DNA of 53,914 nt from a virus (taxonomy: Duplodnaviria > Caudoviricetes). Position numbers and translations under genes: made by a program. Within the stretch, counting starts at the first letter, position 1. Each line of letters opens with the position of its first letter. Under the pieces are notes generated by a model that saw only the letters and a program-made list of their open reading frames with translations, was not told where the DNA came from and did no database searches. The DNA is taken from positions 1-53,914 of the IMG/VR virus record IMGVR_UViG_3300009068_000052; one strand, 5' to 3'. Shown here one piece after another: positions 48,263 through 53,914 of the stretch.

Positions 48263-48909
48263 TAGCGACAGACAGCGGCGGCGGCGACTTCAAGCCCGTA
48301 CCAGCGGGGATGCACCTTGCACGGTGCTACCGCATCATCGACCTTGGCACCCAGAAGACGGAGTTCCAAGGGCAAGTGAAGATGCAGCGGAAAATCATCA
48401 TGCAGTTTGAGGTGCATGGCGAGGATGACAGCGGCAAACCCATCCAAATGGATGACGGCAAGCCCATGAGCATCTCGAAGAACTACACGCTGTCGTTGGC
48501 CGAGAAGGCCACCCTGCGTGCTGATCTGCAATCGTGGCGTGGACGCGACTTCCGCCCAGACGAACTGCGTGGGTTTGAACTCAAGAACGTGTTGGGTGCA
48601 TGGGCCATGATTTCTGTGGTTCAGGCGATGGGCAACAACGGCAAGGAGTACACCAACATTGTCAACGTCAACTCGGTGCCAGCGATGGTCAAGAAGAATG
48701 GCCTACCTAAGGGTCACAACGATTTGCTGCTGTGGTCGTTTGATGACCCCAACATGCAGGTGTTTGAAACCTTCAGCAACAACATCAAGAAGAAGATTCA
48801 GGAGTCCCCTGAGTACAAAGCCAAGATGCAGATTACGCAGGTTCCACAGCGTTCTGCCCCAGTGCCTCAAAGCGGATTTGAGGACATGGACGACGACATC
48901 CCGTTCTGA
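48259..48909 (+). CDS. Single-stranded DNA-binding-like protein
   Basis: 216 aa with 'F...P.G.H.ARC..IIDLGTQ' N-terminus and the acidic SSB tail DMDDDIPF. Confidence 0.7.
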   Translation: MIATDSGGGDFKPVPAGMHLARCYRIIDLGTQKTEFQGQVKMQRKIIMQFEVHGEDDSGKPIQMDDGKPMSISKNYTLSLAEKATLRADLQSWRGRDFRPDELRGFELKNVLGAWAMISVVQAMGNNGKEYTNIVNVNSVPAMVKKNGLPKGHNDLLLWSFDDPNMQVFETFSNNIKKKIQESPEYKAKMQITQVPQRSAPVPQSGFEDMDDDIPF

Positions 48910-48916
48910 TTAAAAC

Positions 48917-48979
48917 GGGGGAAAGCGGATGCTGTGGCGTGACTGTCTGACACGATGCCACAGACGCAGCGAGTACCCC
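48917..48979 (+). ncRNA. Structured RNA element with loop-E-like motif
   Basis: GGGG-GAA...AGUA-CCCC closing, GCG/CGC helix and a 9-bp CUGUGGCGU/AUGCCACAG stem. Confidence 0.5.
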
Positions 48980-48999
48980 ACCTATTTTAAGGATTGAGC

Positions 49000-49287
49000 A
49001 TGTTTGGAGTTTTGACCAGAAAAGAATTGGAAGCGTACCTCGAACAGCAGGTAAAGCAAATGGAAGCCGAGCGATGGCATTTGGAGAATGAGCAGGACAG
49101 ATTTTCTGCCAAGCTCAAAGACCTGCAAGAGCGCGTTGCCATTCTGGAAGACCGCCATCTAGGTGGCTTGATGACGCCCAAAGAGGTTGATGAAAAAATG
49201 CAAAAGCGTGTTGATGCAAATCGCTACGCTCGTAGTCAATATCGTAAACGCAAAGAAAAAAATGCAAAAAGCAAAACGCCAAGCTAA
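49000..49287 (+). CDS. Hypothetical coiled-coil protein
   Basis: Start MFGVLTRKE after an AAGGA RBS; basic C-terminus. Confidence 0.65.
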   Translation: MFGVLTRKELEAYLEQQVKQMEAERWHLENEQDRFSAKLKDLQERVAILEDRHLGGLMTPKEVDEKMQKRVDANRYARSQYRKRKEKNAKSKTPS

Positions 49288-49290
49288 AGT

Positions 49291-49758
49291 ATGACGCCGC
49301 ACAACGAGGACAAGCAAGCGTGGTGCAATGTTGGACAGGAAGCAGAGATTAGGTTTGCTGGCCCACTGTTTTCAGGGGTCAGCATTTTTCAGAACCCGGC
49401 CAAGTCGTTTGACAAATATACGCATGATTTTTACATGATGATGCCGTGTGACCTGAAGACAATCCGAACACGTTTTAACACCTCCGATAGATATGGGATA
49501 CCGCCACTTACAGCTTTCACCCTTAACAAAAAAGACGTTGATAGGTACACTGAAAAGTACCCACACATCATCATCATTTTTGACATTGACTACGGCGACT
49601 ACAAAACATTGAGGTATGCAACACTGCGGGAAATACAACGAACAATACGGCTAAACAAAGCAAAACTGCACGAATACCTTCACCGGGTTGGTGACAACTC
49701 TGGTAACGCAAAAGCGTCTTGGGTTATGGATAGCAAATGGTTCAAAGAACTGAAGTAA
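49291..49758 (+). CDS. Putative PD-(D/E)XK endonuclease
   Basis: 'G..AE..F...HDF....CDLKT' pattern; visibly AT-richer than its neighbours. Confidence 0.5.
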   Translation: MTPHNEDKQAWCNVGQEAEIRFAGPLFSGVSIFQNPAKSFDKYTHDFYMMMPCDLKTIRTRFNTSDRYGIPPLTAFTLNKKDVDRYTEKYPHIIIIFDIDYGDYKTLRYATLREIQRTIRLNKAKLHEYLHRVGDNSGNAKASWVMDSKWFKELK

Positions 49759-49778
49759 ATATTTGAAGGAAATTAAAA

Positions 49779-50543
49779 ATGCAAGCAACAGAACCAAGAG
49801 CGTCTGAGTCACAGCACTGGTACACCCGTGATGGGGTGCCCCGGTACACCGTGATGGGCAAGAACGGCAAGGAGCGCAATACAACGCTCAGAGACGCTCG
49901 AACCGAGAGTCTGGTGCCGTCGGTCACCACCGTCTTAAACGTGGCTGCAAAGCCCGCCCTAACGGCTTGGCTGATGAATCAGGTGCTGATGGCCGCACTG
50001 ACCCTGCCAAAACTGACAGAAGAGTCGGATGACGACTACTGCAAGCGTGTCATGCAGGACTCCAAGGAGCAGGGCAAGGCGGCTGCAAACGAGGGCACAG
50101 ACATCCACGCGGCGATTCAAGGCTATTACGAGGGTCAGGTAGTCCGCGCCCACGAACAGAGCGTACAGGGCTGCGTAGAGGCTCTCAAAGGCCACTTTGG
50201 TTACCATCCTTGGATTGCCGAGCGCTCATTCGGCCACGAGCTTGGCTTTGGCGGAAAGTGCGACCTATACACCACGACTGGTGACGGCATCGTGGTCGAT
50301 GTGAAGAGCAAGGAGTTCAGCGACCCAGACAAGGTGGATGCCTACGACGAACACCTGATGCAGCTTGCGGCCTACCGCGTTGGACTGGGTGTTCCCAAGG
50401 CACGCTGTGCTAACGTCTTTGTATCCCGCTCGGTGCCCGGTTTAGCCGTGGTCAAGGAGTGGGACGCGGCAGACATTGACCGTGGGTGGAAGATGTTCAC
50501 TCACCTTTTATCTTTTTGGCAACTCAAGAACCAACACACATGA
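49779..50543 (+). CDS. PD-(D/E)XK exonuclease (Cas4/RecB-like phage family)
   Basis: PSVTTVL...KP.L..W, A..GT.IH, E......GFGGKCDL, VVDVKSK and QLAAY motifs. Confidence 0.85.
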   Translation: MQATEPRASESQHWYTRDGVPRYTVMGKNGKERNTTLRDARTESLVPSVTTVLNVAAKPALTAWLMNQVLMAALTLPKLTEESDDDYCKRVMQDSKEQGKAAANEGTDIHAAIQGYYEGQVVRAHEQSVQGCVEALKGHFGYHPWIAERSFGHELGFGGKCDLYTTTGDGIVVDVKSKEFSDPDKVDAYDEHLMQLAAYRVGLGVPKARCANVFVSRSVPGLAVVKEWDAADIDRGWKMFTHLLSFWQLKNQHT

Positions 50544-50764
50544 AATACCTGACCGAAGAAACCATTAAGCAGATTTTCTTTCAATCTGACCGCCCACGCC
50601 GTGACGCCATCCTTGCTGACGAGGTAGACATCGTGCAGTTTGCAAATAACCTGATTGCATATGCCCACCCTCATCTTGCAAAAGCAGAGCATGAGCGCTG
50701 CGTAGAGATTGTGCGGGGCATGAACCCCAATGTGGCTACGGTTCTGGCGGAAAAAAAGCCTTAA
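50540..50764 (+). CDS. Hypothetical protein
   Basis: Likely start MKYLTEETIKQIFF (ATGA overlap), 74 aa. Confidence 0.7.
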   Translation: MKYLTEETIKQIFFQSDRPRRDAILADEVDIVQFANNLIAYAHPHLAKAEHERCVEIVRGMNPNVATVLAEKKP

Positions 50765-52377
50765 CGCATGGGTTGGCCGGTCATCTGCCGTCTGGCTCGG
50801 ATGACTGCGTCGCGTTTTTCTTGAGCAACTGCCTCGCGGTCTGTAACGTATTCCCTCATTTTTTGGTTGTAATACTCTGGGTCGTCTCGGTATTCTTGAA
50901 TGGCAGTTGCGCCGAGCGATAGAGGGATTCCAATGGCTGCCGTGGGTGGGAACATGGACAAAGCACCACCAACAATGCCAGTTCCCTTGAGCGCCATCTT
51001 GGTGTAGTCGCGCTGGTCTTCTGGCTTTTCGTACTCGTGGGCCATCTCCATTGCATCCAGCCCCGCTGACAGCCCAGCAAGGGGCGGCAAGGCGTACTTT
51101 CCAACGGTTCCAGCAGCGCCTACCACTGGCCGCATCATGCTCTTGAACGTGTCAGTAACGTAGTCCAGTCCAGACAATGCGCGTGCGGCCATCGTAGGAG
51201 GCGGTGGCGTTGTGGGAACGGGAATGGGGGTTGGCATACGAACCAACGATCCGGGTTGCGGAGGGGTTACTGGTGGCCCCATCTGTCCGGGCGGTATTTC
51301 TATTGTTGGGCCTTGCACCTTGTAGCTGGCGCGAGGGCCACCACCAGCGCCTTGGTCGGGCGTCATCAAGCCGCCGAAACGTGGGTTCTCCACATACTTT
51401 TCGCCGGGGAACATGGTCTGAACTTTGTTCAAGCCTTCGCGGCGCTGCGAGGTCAAGTCGTGGACGCCGCCAGTTTGCTTGGTCATGTCCAGTGCTTGAC
51501 CGGCCTCAATGTCGGTCAATCCCGCTGCTTTGGCATAGTTGTACGGCATTGTTCCAGTCTGACCAGCGGCCATGCGGCCAGCGTCTGCACCGCCAGAAGG
51601 GATGGGTTGGCGCACAACGCCTTGGCCGCTTGGCGCAACACCCGGCAACCCACCGGGGGCTGGAGGAATTACACCAGCGCTTCGTTGCGCAGCAATTCTG
51701 GCCGCTTCTTCAAGGCCAGCACGCTTAACGGCGGCTGCTGTACTTTGGGCACCATAAGCCTTTGCGCCCGTGGCTAAGGTGCCAGCGCCAGCACCAAGGG
51801 CACCGCCAAGGAACCGTTCGCCACGGCTTGCGCCTGAATTGTCAATCTCTGGTGCAGCAGGCGGAGGTGGGGCGTCGGCAATGACCAAGTCGCCTTCTTC
51901 ACTCGACTCTGCCGCAGGTTGGGCCGTAGGATTGAACGGCAACTGCCGGTCTTCTGGAATTGCTTTTTGAGCGTTTGCTACGGCCTGCTCATAATCTTCT
52001 TGCGGAACACCAAAGTACGAACCTTTTACGCCAGCATTTAATCCACGAGTGAATGCACCGATGTCGGGGCCAGTGTTTACTGCCTTGGGGAAGATGCGCT
52101 TAATCATGTCGGCGTAGTACATGCCAAAAACTTCGGGGTCTTCAAAAGCAGCGTACTTGTCCCTAGAGCCAGTCTTGTTGTCCTTGGCTTCTACGCCAGC
52201 ACCGCTGAAGTCTTTGATGCCTGCAATGTTGTGAGACGCGGGAATGGACTGACCCCAGCGGCTCTCCATGCCCCATTGACCAAGAAGCACATTCGGGTCT
52301 ACGTTAATCTCTTTGCTAACCTGCTGGGCAACAGGCCCGTAGGTTGCAATGAACTGCTCAATGTTTTTGTTTGCCAT
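50761..52377 (-). CDS. Internal virion protein with N-terminal GH73 (FlgJ-like) peptidoglycan hydrolase
   Basis: Likely start MANKNIEQFI; 'F......A........P..LLGQW.MES.WG......HN.AGIK...Y..F'. Hydrophobic Gly/Ala helices near the C-terminus. Confidence 0.75.
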   Translation of the reverse strand: MANKNIEQFIATYGPVAQQVSKEINVDPNVLLGQWGMESRWGQSIPASHNIAGIKDFSGAGVEAKDNKTGSRDKYAAFEDPEVFGMYYADMIKRIFPKAVNTGPDIGAFTRGLNAGVKGSYFGVPQEDYEQAVANAQKAIPEDRQLPFNPTAQPAAESSEEGDLVIADAPPPPAAPEIDNSGASRGERFLGGALGAGAGTLATGAKAYGAQSTAAAVKRAGLEEAARIAAQRSAGVIPPAPGGLPGVAPSGQGVVRQPIPSGGADAGRMAAGQTGTMPYNYAKAAGLTDIEAGQALDMTKQTGGVHDLTSQRREGLNKVQTMFPGEKYVENPRFGGLMTPDQGAGGGPRASYKVQGPTIEIPPGQMGPPVTPPQPGSLVRMPTPIPVPTTPPPPTMAARALSGLDYVTDTFKSMMRPVVGAAGTVGKYALPPLAGLSAGLDAMEMAHEYEKPEDQRDYTKMALKGTGIVGGALSMFPPTAAIGIPLSLGATAIQEYRDDPEYYNQKMREYVTDREAVAQEKRDAVIRARRQMTGQPMR

Positions 52378-52378
52378 G

Positions 52379-53914
52379 TTATTCGCCTTCTTTTTTCTTG
52401 CGATAAACACCTGTTTTGGAGTCTTTAATAAATCCAGGACTTGGCTCAACTGCGCCAGTTGATTTTGCGGCAGCTTCTGGTTTTTTGAATGTCTTAGAGC
52501 CTGAAGCAATGTCCGCAATGTTTTGGTAATATTTGTCGTACATGCTCATGTACTGGTCTGAGTCCAAAAACTCTTCGGCTGTCATTTTGGACTTGACGGC
52601 CTTAAATGCTCTTGCTGCTTGACGGTCAAATTGCCCCTTGGCAGTCAGCAGGTCAGCTTTGCGACGAACTGTTTCGGCAGTGTCCTGCGGGCTGATGTTT
52701 GCGTTGCCAAGAATTAAACGCTCACGCTCTGTAGTCGAACCCTTCATGGCCCTTTCTGCATTCAATTGCATTTGAGCCGTGTACATCAAGAACGTGCGAT
52801 ATGTTGCTTGTTCTGCCGGGGAAAGGTCAGCATTGCGCATAACATCTTGAATAGCGGGCACGCCAATTGTAAAATTTTTGCTTCCAATGCCACTTTCAAC
52901 AAGCGCCGCAATTCCAGATGAAATCTTGTTGTTGTTCAAGATACCAGTCATTTTATTGAAGCTCTTGTCTTCAGTAAAACGACGCATTACGTTAGCAGTG
53001 GCCAAGGTTTCAATGGCATCTTTGCCGCGTTGAGTGAAATCTTTACGGGCTTCAACTTCAGCAGCAACTTCAGCAGCTTGTTCAAGTTCTTTCTTTTTCT
53101 GCTCAAGGTCTTTTGAACGAGCCGCATTTGCTGCGGCGGTTCCGTATCGCAATTCATAATCTTTCATGATTGCTTTGTTTTCCTCGTCAACCGCTTTGAC
53201 ACTGTTGTCATACGCCGCTTTTTGTTGAGTTGACACCACTCCGGTTGGAGGCGCAGGGTAAGCCTTCAAGGCTGGCTTTGGGGGCAGTCCATCAGCAGCA
53301 GGAGCGGCGGCCGGGGCGGCGGCCGGGACAGCAGGGGTCGGGGCAGCAGCTTTGACCGCAGGTGCGGCAGCGACTGGTGGAGCAGCTTTGACCTCTGGCG
53401 CTGGAGCGGCAGCAGCGGGGGCAGCCGGGGCAGAGGCGGCTGGAGCGGCAGGAGTTATTGCATCAGACGGTTTAATCTCTGGTTTCTTCATCAAGCCCTG
53501 TGCTGCGGCAAGAACTTGCTGTTCAAAAACGCTCAAATTTTCCACGTTGCCTTGAGCCGCTGTAATTCGACTCAACGCGGTAAGAATTCTGGTTTCTTCT
53601 GGGGTAGGACGAAAATTCTTTACGTCATCAGGGGAGGCATTTTTCAAAGCATTTGTTTTGCCAGCTAAGTCCCGCAATTTAGAAACAAGTTGCTCAGGAG
53701 GAGGTTCTTTCCGGGTTAATTCAGTGTTGTAAAACCTTACTGCCCAATCAGGAGCCACACCGCCGCGCTGTTGGTAATCATCCATGAACTTGGCAGCAAT
53801 TTCTTCACCGCCTATAGACGCAATTTTGCTGTACAACAAACGGTCACGCGAATCCATTGGGAAGGTGCCAGCAATGGTGGTGGTGTCTTTGGGGTCTACA
53901 CCGGGTTCTGGCAA
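52379..53914 (-). CDS. 3' part of origin-spanning internal virion/ejection-type protein
   Basis: Open from the window end and continuous with 1..738. Ala/Pro linker, coiled coil and 'GS.TE.ER' motif. Confidence 0.85.
   Translation of the reverse strand: MPEPGVDPKDTTTIAGTFPMDSRDRLLYSKIASIGGEEIAAKFMDDYQQRGGVAPDWAVRFYNTELTRKEPPPEQLVSKLRDLAGKTNALKNASPDDVKNFRPTPEETRILTALSRITAAQGNVENLSVFEQQVLAAAQGLMKKPEIKPSDAITPAAPAASAPAAPAAAAPAPEVKAAPPVAAAPAVKAAAPTPAVPAAAPAAAPAADGLPPKPALKAYPAPPTGVVSTQQKAAYDNSVKAVDEENKAIMKDYELRYGTAAANAARSKDLEQKKKELEQAAEVAAEVEARKDFTQRGKDAIETLATANVMRRFTEDKSFNKMTGILNNNKISSGIAALVESGIGSKNFTIGVPAIQDVMRNADLSPAEQATYRTFLMYTAQMQLNAERAMKGSTTERERLILGNANISPQDTAETVRRKADLLTAKGQFDRQAARAFKAVKSKMTAEEFLDSDQYMSMYDKYYQNIADIASGSKTFKKPEAAAKSTGAVEPSPGFIKDSKTGVYRKKKEGE
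53792..53914. repeat. Terminal direct repeat (identical to 1-123)
   Basis: Exact 123-bp match to the window start. Confidence 0.97.

Noticed and set aside
49779-50543. Cas4 as evidence of a CRISPR-Cas system
   Set aside because: It is a stand-alone phage PD-(D/E)XK exonuclease with no Fe-S Cys cluster, no other cas genes and no array.
1-53914. Stop-codon reassignment
   Set aside because: Core genes (TerL, portal, MCP) are full length in the standard code and coding density is high.

Overview
This window is a complete, circularly permuted genome of a tailed dsDNA phage. Bases 1-123 repeat exactly at 53792-53914, giving a 53,791-bp circle, and one gene runs across the join. The layout is podovirus-like. 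The long minus-strand late region runs TerS, TerL, a 1474-aa multidomain protein, portal, GroES-like co-chaperonin, scaffold, major capsid, head proteins, fibres, a GH108/holin lysis cassette, adaptor/nozzle and four ejection-type proteins (one with a GH73 domain). A minus-strand early/replication arm carries a Cro-like HTH, an HTH initiator with internal iterons, RusA, a Ref-like nuclease, a papain/C39-like peptidase and an RNAP alpha-CTD-like protein. A short plus-strand arm carries an SSB-like protein and PD-(D/E)XK nucleases. I could not recognise an integrase, CI repressor, DNA polymerase, tRNA or CRISPR array. Two things stand out. (1) A [MFYL]-[AK]-x-G-G motif recurs in four late proteins and sits at module boundaries, suggesting a double-glycine polyprotein-processing or head-cargo-targeting system. 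(2) A ~400-nt, promoter-driven, heavily base-paired RNA with an internal antisense element lies between terL and the multidomain gene, followed by an uncalled zinc-ribbon ORF. Several smaller structured RNA elements and a repeated promoter cassette are also present. All product calls come from motif recognition by eye; no database searches were run.
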